Made by a program: the position numbers and the translations under genes | Shown: positions 52,185 to 61,637 of the stretch, piece after piece | Numbering within the stretch: the first letter of the stretch is position 1 | How the letters are laid out: every line of letters begins with the position of its first letter | From: Myxococcota bacterium | GTDB lineage: Bacteria; Myxococcota_A; SURF-8; G963663525 | DNA length: 64,000 nt | Direction of reading: 5' to 3' | Assembly (NCBI GenBank): GCA_963676915.2 | Contig: CAXXVK010000060.1 | Coordinates: 96,001-160,000, forward strand | Notes under the pieces: model-generated | Seen by the model: only the letters and a program-made list of their open reading frames with translations | Databases searched by the model: none | Told to the model about the DNA's origin: nothing

Positions 52185-53381
52185 TTATCCCACGATTTTC
52201 CGCAACGTGCGGCAAACGTGTTCTACCTGCTCTTCGGTCATTCCGGGATGATTCGGCAGGTAAAACACCTCGCCCAATGGTTGCCATTCGTCTTGGAAGT
52301 CGAAGAGGGTCATATAGTCTGAACGGCTGTCGATACCGTGTTTCATCAATTGCTGCTGCACGTTTCGTGCACATTGCACCCGAATCGGAAAGGAATTCCA
52401 GGTTCCTTCCGAACCTTCGATCTCTTGCGGTAGGATCACGTTTTTGAGGTCTGCCAGATCGCTCAGGTAACGGGAAGCAATGTCCCGCCGTCGCTGGTTG
52501 CGCCGGTCGAGGCGTTCCAGTTGTTTGCTCCCCAACGCGGCCTGGAGACGACTCAAAGGCTTGAGATCACTTGGTTTATAGGCTTCAACGGATTCTTCGA
52601 ACAGGTTGTCCAGACGTCTGCGGTCAAAGGCATTGAGCAGATAAAACGGTGCGAATGGCCCGAGCCGGTAGCCCCAATGTGTGGTCATGAACCAGTTCCG
52701 CAATCCCTGCCTGGCGCGCCGTCGAATATCCTTGTCCGAGGCCGGTTGGGCCGCAAGGGCGAGACGCATGGCATGGCGATAGATGTCCTCCCGGTCGGTC
52801 AGCACCATGCCTCCGCCAAAGGTCATCAGGTTCTTGCCGTGTACGAGGCTGAAGCAAGCGGCATCGCCCAGCGATCCCACAGGGTTGCCCTGATAGCTCG
52901 CTCCGATGGACTGAGAAGGGTCTTCGATCAACACCACACCATGCTTGTGAGCTATGGCTTTGATGGCGTTCATGTCGACGGCTTGTCCGAACGGATGTTC
53001 CACCAGAATCGCCGCCGTATCTGTCGTGATAAACGCTTCCAAGCGGGTAGGATCTAGAGCGAAGGTTCGAGGATCACAAGGTGCGTAAGCTGTTGTAAAA
53101 TCACAGGTTTTCACGACTTCCGGAATGGAATGAAAACTGTAGGCGGGAACGATGATCTCCCGGCCTTTCAGCCATCCCGGACAGGAAAGAATCGCATACA
53201 GCGCATGGCGTCCCGCGTTGAAAGCCACCGCATGGTTCCTATGATGATAGGCGGCGAAAGCGTCCTCGAAGGTGGCGGTCGCATCTTCGCCCATCGGTTC
53301 GCCCGCCAGACAATGACCAAGGATTTCCGCAACTTCCGCCATATCGAGGTTGATATTGTGCCGGGGCACGATCCGAAACAT
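52185..53381 (-). CDS. DegT/DnrJ/EryC1/StrS PLP-dependent aminotransferase
   Basis: FEDAFA, EHPFGQ, LIEDPSQSIG, FSLVHGKNLMTFGGG (PLP Lys), LPNHPGM. Confidence 0.9.
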   Translation of the reverse strand: MFRIVPRHNINLDMAEVAEILGHCLAGEPMGEDATATFEDAFAAYHHRNHAVAFNAGRHALYAILSCPGWLKGREIIVPAYSFHSIPEVVKTCDFTTAYAPCDPRTFALDPTRLEAFITTDTAAILVEHPFGQAVDMNAIKAIAHKHGVVLIEDPSQSIGASYQGNPVGSLGDAACFSLVHGKNLMTFGGGMVLTDREDIYRHAMRLALAAQPASDKDIRRRARQGLRNWFMTTHWGYRLGPFAPFYLLNAFDRRRLDNLFEESVEAYKPSDLKPLSRLQAALGSKQLERLDRRNQRRRDIASRYLSDLADLKNVILPQEIEGSEGTWNSFPIRVQCARNVQQQLMKHGIDSRSDYMTLFDFQDEWQPLGEVFYLPNHPGMTEEQVEHVCRTLRKIVG

Positions 53382-53390
53382 GCTTTTTCC

Positions 53391-54713
53391 TTATCGTTTG
53401 GTCCGTGGGGAGAATCCCGCCAGATCCATCCAGGTTTTCGCCATCATCGCGGGAGCCAGACCGGGTTCCACCGCGATTTCACCCAACAATTTGAACACCT
53501 GTCCGGGAGTCAGGTAAAATCGCCGATAGGCTCGTTGGGCCATCAGGGAGCGCAGATCGGAACGCTCCGCCGTGCCACGTTGCGAACAGGCAGCGCCCGG
53601 CCATGGTTCGTACACCGAATAATGCGCCAGATCCAAGCCCAGCTTTCGAGACATTCGTACGGTGTAGGTGTCGTCCGCTAGTGTAGCATCCGGCAGACCG
53701 AGCAGAAAATATCCGGTGACCGTCATTCTCGAACGATGGGCCGCCTCCACGAGACGCCGGATGAGGTCCGGTTCGTGTCGCCAAGCCGCGTCCACTGTAT
53801 CGTGGGGAACTCCCAGGGTTTCGATTCCCAACGCGATCCGTCGGCAACCGGACGCCGCCATGGAGGGAAACAAGCCGGGGTCCAATTCTCTGGGGCGTAC
53901 GCCGTTGACGAGTTCCCAAACGAGAGGCGGTGTTTCCTTCAGAAGTTCCTCGCACAACTCGGCCACTTTTTCGGGGCGAGCCGCAAAGGCGTCGTCTTCG
54001 AAATGAACGGCCTGTATACCGTAACGACTTGAAAGAACACGCATTTCATCGGCGACAGCCGCCGAGGAACGATAGGCGATGGTCTGGTTTCGGATGGCCG
54101 GAACGGGACAATGACAACAGGTGGAGAGACAACCCCGGCTGAAAAACGAGGCGGTGAAAGGAAGCGCTACGCTTCGATACGCCCAGCCATAACGCATGAG
54201 CGGAAGAAACTCACGATCCGGCGGGTCCAGGTGTTCCAGATCCGTTTCCAGGTGAATACCTCCCTCTTCGCGGATCAGGCCATCTTCCATCCAAACCACA
54301 CCATTGGGAGCATCCCTGCCTTGCAGAAAGTCGAGCGCTCGGACGACGACCCGTTCGGGATCGCCACGAATCACGAGATTCGCGCCCGTGGCGACGAGGG
54401 AATTTTCGGGTTCGAGCGTGGGAGTATCCCCGACGAGCACCACCGGCAGATCGGGACGCAATACCTTCAGTCTGCGGACCAAAGATGCGGTTTGATCGAG
54501 TTGAAAGTGGGTGACCGAAAGAATGGCCACCCGGATCGTTTCCTTTTGGGCGATGTGCAACACACGGGCGAAGAAATCGAAATCAAGGTCTGACCCGATC
54601 ACATGCCACCCGGCTTGCTTCAGCACGGATGAAAGGCAAGCCAATCCTAATGGAAACGCCGCCTCGTTGCGCCATCCCGGTTTGATCAGCAGTGCGGTTT
54701 GCCGTTCGTTCAC
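53391..54713 (-). CDS. Cobalamin-binding radical SAM protein
   Basis: FPLGLACLSSVL B12-binding N-domain; SRGCLSTCCHC (CxxxCxxC); HFEDDAF; LGIET; YFLLGLP. Confidence 0.88.
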   Translation of the reverse strand: MNERQTALLIKPGWRNEAAFPLGLACLSSVLKQAGWHVIGSDLDFDFFARVLHIAQKETIRVAILSVTHFQLDQTASLVRRLKVLRPDLPVVLVGDTPTLEPENSLVATGANLVIRGDPERVVVRALDFLQGRDAPNGVVWMEDGLIREEGGIHLETDLEHLDPPDREFLPLMRYGWAYRSVALPFTASFFSRGCLSTCCHCPVPAIRNQTIAYRSSAAVADEMRVLSSRYGIQAVHFEDDAFAARPEKVAELCEELLKETPPLVWELVNGVRPRELDPGLFPSMAASGCRRIALGIETLGVPHDTVDAAWRHEPDLIRRLVEAAHRSRMTVTGYFLLGLPDATLADDTYTVRMSRKLGLDLAHYSVYEPWPGAACSQRGTAERSDLRSLMAQRAYRRFYLTPGQVFKLLGEIAVEPGLAPAMMAKTWMDLAGFSPRTKR

Positions 54714-54761
54714 GTCCCCACCCAAAGAAGATTCGAAAATATCGTTACAGCGTCAGTTTGC

Positions 54762-54823
54762 GGTCGGGCAAATTTTTTGCCCGACATTGCCGAAGTGTCG
54801 GGCTAGAAATTAGCCCGACCTAC
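54762..54823. repeat. REP family A doublet
   Basis: GGTCGGGCAAATTTTTTGCCCGAC-ATTGCCGAAGT-GTCGGGCTAGAAATTAGCCCGACCTAC. Confidence 0.85.
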
Positions 54824-54887
54824 TATTTACTGTGCAACAGATTGAAAACACAACGTTTTTACCCTTTGTGCGTAACGTTGTGACAGC

Positions 54888-55430
54888 CTAGAATTCCCAA
54901 ACCAGTTTCAGAGCCAGATCCAAAAAAATCGGGGTATCGGGAAAGTCGGTGACAAGGTAATGGTACCTCGCCGAGCCGCCCAAAGCCCAGGTTTCGCCGA
55001 AAAAATAATGCAGATCGAAGCTGGTTCGAATGCCGAAATCCGTCCGCCACTGGTCCGTCAATCCCGAATGACTCAGGTACGGACCCAAAGCCAGCCCGAA
55101 CGAAGGCACGATGGGCAGACGATCGAACTCGTACTGTACGCCCAACGTCGAATCGATGAAGTGCACCTGCTTGTCATTTCGCACGCCGAACCCGGCATAT
55201 TGCAGATCGAGCCGAAGCTGCGCCTGGTTCCAGAAGCGCCAGGCTCCTCCACCGGTCAACGACAGCCCGCCGTAATCTCGTTCCTGCTGGCGCAGCCACG
55301 AAAAACCGGGACGAACGTCCAGTTGCCATTCGCTGTCCGGGTTCATGGCGTGGGCCGATGTCGGCACCCATAACAAGCCAAGGATGACCCAAACCAGCAG
55401 GAAAAGAATGGTTTTTTCGGTTTTCCACAT
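54888..55430 (-). CDS. Small outer-membrane beta-barrel protein (about 8 strands)
   Basis: Signal peptide ending AHA; alternating amphipathic strands; C-terminal WEF. Confidence 0.75.
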   Translation of the reverse strand: MWKTEKTILFLLVWVILGLLWVPTSAHAMNPDSEWQLDVRPGFSWLRQQERDYGGLSLTGGGAWRFWNQAQLRLDLQYAGFGVRNDKQVHFIDSTLGVQYEFDRLPIVPSFGLALGPYLSHSGLTDQWRTDFGIRTSFDLHYFFGETWALGGSARYHYLVTDFPDTPIFLDLALKLVWEF

Positions 55431-55533
55431 CGGATGCTTGCCCTTTCCCTTTCAACCTATGCTCTGCATGGAGAAGTTGCAAGCAACTTGTGGGTTTCGT
55501 GGCGAAAAGGATGGAATGAAAGTCCGCTTCGTT

Positions 55534-56661
55534 TTACGAATCCTTGTTTTCACCTGCCGCTTTGTTTTGCTGTTGTTTGCGGGCTTGTTCGCACATCAGG
55601 TAGGCGCAACGGTGGGGATCGGAACGGGTGTTTTCGTACAAATGCAGCGCTCCGCCGTGGCAGCGATCGAAGACTTTGCACGAGCTGCAGACGCCTTTTT
55701 TCATCCAGGAACGATCCCGCATGACCTGGTAGCGGTTTTCCCAGACGACCCTGAAACTTTCCTTTCGGATGTCGCCCTGGTCGAAACAATCGCTGATTTC
55801 CGGGCAGGCTCCGATTTTGCCGTTGTGCTTGATGCCACCCACCGTGATACCAGCCCGACACTGGCAGTGGTAGGGACGCACGAGAGTTTCAAACTCGCCG
55901 ACGTAACCTTCCTCGCAGTATTCGGGGATGGGTTTACGGCGATCTTGCCGGGCGGTTTTGATGTACTCCAGGAGGTAGCGCAGGTCTTCTTCGTCGAGCA
56001 ACAGATCTTCGCGCCTGGCGGCCCGACCGATGGGAATTACCGTAGCCAGCCGCCACAACGGAACTTTTAGCGAAGCCACGTAGCGACGCATATCGTCCAG
56101 AGAGGTCAGAGCCGGTTTGGTGACGGTCGAAAGAATCTCCAGTTTGCCTTTGTACCCGGCATTTTGCAGGTTTTTGACCGCCTGTTCCACCTTGGCCGAC
56201 ACCCCTTTGCCGCGCAGCCTATCGTTGATTTCGGGCAAAGCGTCCATCGAGAGCGAAATCGACCCCAGTTTGCTCGCCACGATCCGCCGGGCGGCCTCTT
56301 CGTCGAGCAACTGCCCGTTCGACACCATGCCGAACCGAAATCCCAACTCCCCCAGCAGGTCGAGCAGGTCGAATATCCCCTCTTTCAGCAGCGGTTCGCC
56401 GCCGGTGATGGCGATCATCACCTGTTTCGCAGGAAATTCCCGAGCGATTCGGCGAACGACATCCATCCACTCGTCGATGGTGAGTTCGTTTTTCCAGGCT
56501 TCGGGCGTGCAACTGCTGCCGCAATAGGCACAAGCCAGATTACAGCGGCGGGAGATTTCGAGAAACAGGTATTGTAGGGGATGGCGGTGGCATAAATCTT
56601 CCAGCCGCTTGGCCTGCTTTTTCCATTCGAGGTATTCCGAAAAACGCTCTGAAAGGGACAT
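55534..56661 (-). CDS. Radical SAM/SPASM protein, peptide-maturase type
   Basis: HPLQYLFLEISRRCNLACAYCGS, TGGEPLL, MVSNG; SPASM CRAG...GACP...CSSC....RCHGG...C. Confidence 0.9.
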   Translation of the reverse strand: MSLSERFSEYLEWKKQAKRLEDLCHRHPLQYLFLEISRRCNLACAYCGSSCTPEAWKNELTIDEWMDVVRRIAREFPAKQVMIAITGGEPLLKEGIFDLLDLLGELGFRFGMVSNGQLLDEEAARRIVASKLGSISLSMDALPEINDRLRGKGVSAKVEQAVKNLQNAGYKGKLEILSTVTKPALTSLDDMRRYVASLKVPLWRLATVIPIGRAARREDLLLDEEDLRYLLEYIKTARQDRRKPIPEYCEEGYVGEFETLVRPYHCQCRAGITVGGIKHNGKIGACPEISDCFDQGDIRKESFRVVWENRYQVMRDRSWMKKGVCSSCKVFDRCHGGALHLYENTRSDPHRCAYLMCEQARKQQQNKAAGENKDS

Positions 56662-56903
56662 GGTTTCACTCGTTCGTTTGAAGAATCGATGCACGCTACC
56701 ACATTTTTAGACGAAGGCCAACCGTCGGATTCTTCATGGAATGATCCGACTACATTGTAGAAGGTGAATGAAATAGGGGGAAAGCTGAGGTTTTTTACAA
56801 AACGACGATTCAAACCGTAGCCGGGCTAGAAATTTGATCGACTTTGTGACGGTTCACTGCTTGGATCAATCTCTTTTTAGTTTAAAGAAATCATAGTTGT
56901 CTA

Positions 56904-57770
56904 GACAGTGTCGACACGAGAAAACGATTTATCTGGACAAAATCCTCGGCTTCTCGATATATTTCTATTTACTAGAATATATCGAGAGGAATTACCATGG
57001 AAGCTGCCTACCATCGTCACGATATTTCCGATCACGTATGGAATCTCCTGGAACCCCATCTACCTGGACGCTCCGGCGAGTGGGGAGGCGTGGCGGAAGA
57101 CAATCGACGATTCATCAATGCTGTTTTCTGGATTCTGCGTACCGGTGCGCCGTGGCGTGACCTACCCCCGGATTACGGTGGCTGGAACAACACGAACCGT
57201 CGTTTTTGCCGATGGCGCGACAAGGGAATCTGGGAGAAATTGCTTGAGATCCTCATTGACGATCCCGACTACGAATGGTTGATGATCGACGCCAGCCACG
57301 TCAAAGTGCATCCTGACGCCGCAGGAGCGAAGGGTGGCAATCAAGCGATGGGCCGTACAAAAGGGGGCTCAACAGTAAGATACATTTGGCCGTGGATGCG
57401 CATGGTAATCCAGTCCGAGCGATTGTTACAGAGGGTACCCGAGCAGATTGCAAGGAAGCTTGCGCATTGATCGAAGGAATCGACGCCGAGTATTTATTGG
57501 CTGATCGCGGCTACGATACGAACGTGATCCTTGAAAAAGCCGAAAACGCGGAGATGGTGGCAGTCATTCCTCCGAAAAAGAATCGGAAAGTTCAACGACC
57601 ATACGATAAAGAGCTTTATCGTGTTCGACATCTGGTCGAAAACGCTTTTCTGAAACTGAAACGATGGCGAGGAATCGCTACACGATACGCAAAAAACGCG
57701 GCATCTTTCCTCGCAGCCGTTCATATCAGATGTCTCGCTCTCTGGCTTGATATCTCGTGACGACACTGCC
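56904..57770 (+). mobile_element. IS5-family insertion sequence (IS427-group type), 867 bp
   Basis: Terminal repeats GACAGTGTCGACACGAGA / TCTCGTGACGACACTGCC; TA on both flanks; two-ORF transposase. Confidence 0.95.
56997..57760 (+). CDS. IS5-family transposase, probably expressed through a -1 frameshift at AAAAAGGGGG (about 57359-57368)
   Basis: WILRTGAPWRDLP, MIDASHVKVH, GRTKGG|LNSKIHLAVDAHG, LADRGYD, RHLVENAF.KLKRWRGIATRY. Confidence 0.93.
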
Positions 57771-58265
57771 TAATTTACGTACAATTGCTGGATCAAAACG
57801 TTCTCCAGAAACTTCTTCCATCAGTTGCACATAAGAACCGTAGTTAAGCACTCTGTATTTCGCAACATCGGTAGGTGGGTTTTGGATGTTCACACTGTTG
57901 AAAGCTGGGCAATGAGCATGAATCAGCAATCCTTCAGCAACTGAAATAAGCGTTGCCCATTCTTCATTGGTCAGATCTTTACTTCCATCAACCAGTAACC
58001 GGCCAATGTAAATTTCCAAATTGCATGGATCTGAAGTCCAATCATGAAGATCATGTTGTATCAATCTCTGTCGAAACGTTTGATCACAGGCTTTCCCGAT
58101 GTATAAAAGAACATTTCGACCATAAATAGGATGCGAGCCATATATTTGGTAAACGCCTCTTGCTGTTTCGCTATTGGTAAGTTGTTCAATTTCTGGGATA
58201 TCTTCTCCGAATAACTTGAATGGACCTCTCCAACCGAGACGAATTGAAATAAGTTTTTCACACAT
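57771..58265 (-). CDS. Low-GC GIY-YIG-like nuclease domain protein, interrupted near its 3' end by the IS
   Basis: GVYQIY..LLYIGKA..FRQRL.QH..E.LLI....PAFN. The native tail continues across the IS as DNYDFFKLKRD* with its stop at 56866-56868. Confidence 0.65.
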
Positions 58266-58299
58266 TTTGGTCCCCTTTAAACCAACCCCCGCCCCCGAC

Positions 58300-58464
58300 C
58301 TAAAACAGCGTGTAGATAAACGGGGCCGAGGCTTGGCTTGTGGCGACGAGCAGAGCGATCAGACCGAGCAGCAAGCCTAGCGGAACCATCCAGTAGACCT
58401 TGTTTTCCTTGGCGAAATCCCAGAATTCTTTCAGCAATTTTCCGCTATACCCCAGTTTGCCCAT
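58300..58464 (-). CDS. Small membrane protein, DUF5989 / SxtK-like
   Basis: LLKEFWDFAKENKVYWMVP...APFIYTLF signature. Confidence 0.9.
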   Translation of the reverse strand: MGKLGYSGKLLKEFWDFAKENKVYWMVPLGLLLGLIALLVATSQASAPFIYTLF

Positions 58465-58522
58465 CGTCCTTGTCCTTACTTTCGACCCGGTGTTGCCGGG
58501 TTCGGATGTCTCGCCGTGGCGG

Positions 58523-60355
58523 TCAGTCCAATTCGAATTCGCTGCGCCAGTCTTTCTTTTCCTGCCATTGGGGCTGGCGCGATTTTTCCAGCAGGAACGA
58601 GCCGAGCACCAGATCGTCCATTTCGGTGCGCATGAAACAGCGGTAGGCGTCCTCCGGAGTGCAGACGATCGGTTCACCCCGTACGTTGAAGCTCGTGTTG
58701 ATCACGATACCATATCCCGTGCGTTTTTCGAAAGCCCGAATCAAGGCATGGTACCGGGGATGGGTTTCGGCGCTGACGGTCTGCACCCGCGCCGAGTGGT
58801 CTACATGCGTGATGGCGGGGATATCCGAGCGCGGACGGTTCACCCATTGCAGCAGGTCGTCGGTACGCGGCGGTTCTTCCTCACCGGCCCAGCGGTCCCG
58901 GCGCACGTCGGCCACAAGCAGCATGTAGGGCGAGGGACGATCCAACTCGAAGAAATCGCTTACGCGCTCGACGAGGCAACTTGGCGCAAAGGGCCGGAAC
59001 GACTCGCGATACTTGATTTTCAGGTTCATGATCGACTGCATTTTTTCAGACCGCGCATCGCCGATGATCGAGCGTGCCCCCAGCGCTCGGGGACCGAACT
59101 CCATACGCCCGGTGAACAAACCCAATACATGTTGCTTGTCGATCACCTCGGCCAGCCGGTCCGCCCAGTGCTCTTCCGACAACCGTTCGTAAGGATATCC
59201 CTTTGATTTCAAATAGCTTTCGATGGCGTCATCCGAAAATTCCGGGCCAAGATAACTGCCTCGCATGGCGTCGTGAACGCCGTCCGTCTCGCGGGGAATG
59301 TCGTGCAGGTTGTGGGCCACGGCCAGCGCAGCACCCAGCGCGCCTCCGGCATCGCCTGCCGCCGGTTGAATCCATATGTCCTCGAAAATCCCCGAACGCA
59401 GCAGTTTTCCGTTCGCCACGCAGTTAAGCGCCACACCTCCCGCCATACAAAGATGCTTCATTCCGGTCGTTTCTCGCGCATGTCGCGCCATTCTGAGCAC
59501 GATCTCTTCGGTCACTTCTTGAATCGAGCGGGCGAGATCCATTTCTCGGCGGGTGATCGGCGTCTCCGGTTTGCGGGGCGGTCCGTCGAAAAGTTTTGCG
59601 AAACGACGGTTGGTCATCCGTAGGCCGTCGAGGTAGCCGAAGTAATCGAGATTCATTCGGAACGAGCCGTCCTCTTTGAGATCGATCAGCTTGTCCAGAA
59701 TCACATCTTTGTAGGTCGGTTCACCGTAAGGAGCAAGACCCATCAGCTTGTATTCGCCTGAATTGACACGAAAACCGGTAAAGTAGGTAAAAGCCGAATA
59801 CAGCAGTCCGAGCGAGTGGGGAAAACGCAATTCTTTTAGAATTTCCAAGCGGTTGCCACGTCCGACCGCCAAGGTGGAGGTGGCCCACTCACCTACGCCG
59901 TCCACTGTCAAGACCGCCGCTTCGCGAAACGGCGACGGGAAAAAAGCGCTGGCGGCGTGGGATTCGTGATGTTCGGGAAAATACAGTTTTTCGGGCATGG
60001 AAACGCCCGCCCGCTTCAGCGCGTTTTCGATCTCCACCGGAATCCAGAGCTTTTGTTTGATCCACAACGGCAAAGCCTTGAGATAGGGGCGAAGGCTCCA
60101 GGGCGCGGTTCCGAAATGGGTTTCGATGATACGGTGGAATTTGATCAGCGGCTTGTCGTAAAAGGCCACGGCGTCCAGTTGATCGGGACCGACGCCGCCT
60201 TCAGCCAGGCAATAGCGAATGGCGTGGATCGGGAACGAATGGTCGTGCTTGACGCGAGTGAAACGCTCTTCCTGCGCGGCGGCGACGATCCGCGCCCCGT
60301 CGAGCAGACAGGCGGCGGAATCGTGATAAAACGCGCTGATCCCGAGAATTTTCAT
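58523..60355 (-). CDS. O-carbamoyltransferase (NodU/CmcH/SxtI family)
   Basis: ILGISAFYHDSAA, AAQEERFTR.KHD, EHHESHAASAF, GEYKLMGLAPYG, AGGVALNC, RMEFGPRALGARS, NTSFNVRGEPIV. Confidence 0.96.
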   Translation of the reverse strand: MKILGISAFYHDSAACLLDGARIVAAAQEERFTRVKHDHSFPIHAIRYCLAEGGVGPDQLDAVAFYDKPLIKFHRIIETHFGTAPWSLRPYLKALPLWIKQKLWIPVEIENALKRAGVSMPEKLYFPEHHESHAASAFFPSPFREAAVLTVDGVGEWATSTLAVGRGNRLEILKELRFPHSLGLLYSAFTYFTGFRVNSGEYKLMGLAPYGEPTYKDVILDKLIDLKEDGSFRMNLDYFGYLDGLRMTNRRFAKLFDGPPRKPETPITRREMDLARSIQEVTEEIVLRMARHARETTGMKHLCMAGGVALNCVANGKLLRSGIFEDIWIQPAAGDAGGALGAALAVAHNLHDIPRETDGVHDAMRGSYLGPEFSDDAIESYLKSKGYPYERLSEEHWADRLAEVIDKQHVLGLFTGRMEFGPRALGARSIIGDARSEKMQSIMNLKIKYRESFRPFAPSCLVERVSDFFELDRPSPYMLLVADVRRDRWAGEEEPPRTDDLLQWVNRPRSDIPAITHVDHSARVQTVSAETHPRYHALIRAFEKRTGYGIVINTSFNVRGEPIVCTPEDAYRCFMRTEMDDLVLGSFLLEKSRQPQWQEKKDWRSEFELD

Positions 60356-60398
60356 AGGTCGCGCCAAGCCTCCATCAAGTGAAACCCTTTGAAATTAC

Positions 60399-60875
60399 TT
60401 AGAATTGACGTTCGTACGAAGATTTTTTGCTGTCTCGTTCACACCAGTAACTTTCCTGGTTTCCGGGAAAGCGTCGGGCCAGTCGGTCGCGGTTTCCCCG
60501 TCGGAACAACAAGCCGAAGGGGAGAAAAAACAGCAGATACAGGGGAATCAGCGTCAGCCATCCGGCCAGCGTTCCCAACAGCCACGCCAAAGCGCCCACC
60601 GCTTTTTCGAACACGGCAAAACCGCTCAGAGGCGACAACAGTCCCAACACCAGCGTCAATCCGGTAAACGCGAAAACGAGGATACCCAAGGTTTCGTGAA
60701 CGAACAGAAACAGCAGCGGGGCGGCGATCACTCCGATGAATCCCTGCACCAGCGCCCGGTTGATCCGTCGGGACTTCAGCTCGCGAACCCGTCGCTTCGC
60801 CGTTCTACCGCTTGGATCCCAGACACTGTAAGAGGCTTCATGGCGATCCGAAGGCTGCTCCGAGGAGGAGGACAC
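60399..60875 (-). CDS. SxtJ-like membrane protein
   Basis: Three to four TM segments; P.GLLFR....D.L.R..ESYW..YERQF tail; adjacent to the carbamoyltransferase. Confidence 0.8.
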   Translation of the reverse strand: MSSSSEQPSDRHEASYSVWDPSGRTAKRRVRELKSRRINRALVQGFIGVIAAPLLFLFVHETLGILVFAFTGLTLVLGLLSPLSGFAVFEKAVGALAWLLGTLAGWLTLIPLYLLFFLPFGLLFRRGNRDRLARRFPGNQESYWCERDSKKSSYERQF

Positions 60876-60878
60876 CGG

Positions 60879-61460
60879 TTAACTCGCCGGAACTTCTTGG
60901 TACGTGGATTCGGGAAGTTTTTCGAAAGCTTCCTTGCCGTGCTCGAAAATGTAGGTTTTGACCTTTTCCGGCATGGTTTCGGCCTGACGAATCAACTCGA
61001 CGAAGCGGTCATAGCGGCTGACCGCCCGCGAATACCAGGCGCGGGTTTCTTTTTCCACGTAGCGATCGACGATCGGCGAGCTGGCGGCATCGAGCATGTT
61101 CACGGCCTGATTGGCGGCCTGCCATTCCTCCTCGCTGAGATTCTCGCCCAAATCGCGCACGCCCAACATCAAGGTGTCGATCCACTTGGCGAACAGTGCA
61201 GCCACCTGCTTGCGGCCTTCGTTGTCGGCCTTGCTGCGGGCCAACTGAAGGGCGTGAATATTCTCGACTTTTCCGATGCCCTGCACCACGGGAACGGCCT
61301 GGCCGTCTTTGTCTTCCAGGGTGGTGCGGCCACTGGTCATGACGACCCAGGCCGGGCGATTGCCCAGATTATCCGGGATGGTGTTTTTGGTCGTGCAGGA
61401 CGAGGCCAGAAACAGAATCGAAACGAACCAGACGGTCCAGGCGAGTCTCGCGACGCTCAT
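60879..61460 (-). CDS. LPP20-like lipoprotein
   Basis: Lipobox ASSC; RPAWV; GIG...LARSKADNEGR. Confidence 0.65.
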   Translation of the reverse strand: MSVARLAWTVWFVSILFLASSCTTKNTIPDNLGNRPAWVVMTSGRTTLEDKDGQAVPVVQGIGKVENIHALQLARSKADNEGRKQVAALFAKWIDTLMLGVRDLGENLSEEEWQAANQAVNMLDAASSPIVDRYVEKETRAWYSRAVSRYDRFVELIRQAETMPEKVKTYIFEHGKEAFEKLPESTYQEVPAS

Positions 61461-61637
61461 GCGGTTTTCTCCTTCGCTGACATCTACGAACATTCATGTA
61501 CGTTGCATTGTAGCCAGACGCCGGGGAAGGTCAAGTCGGGTGACACCGGGACTTGTCACGGAGCGGAATATTCTGTAGTTTCAATGGGCTGGTGATTTCG
61601 ATCGTTTGATGAAAACTTCAACCGGGGCAGAGCCATC

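Noticed and set aside
58300-60875. Saxitoxin biosynthesis
   Set aside because: SxtI/J/K-like trios are widespread outside toxin clusters, and no sxtA, sxtG or other core genes are present.
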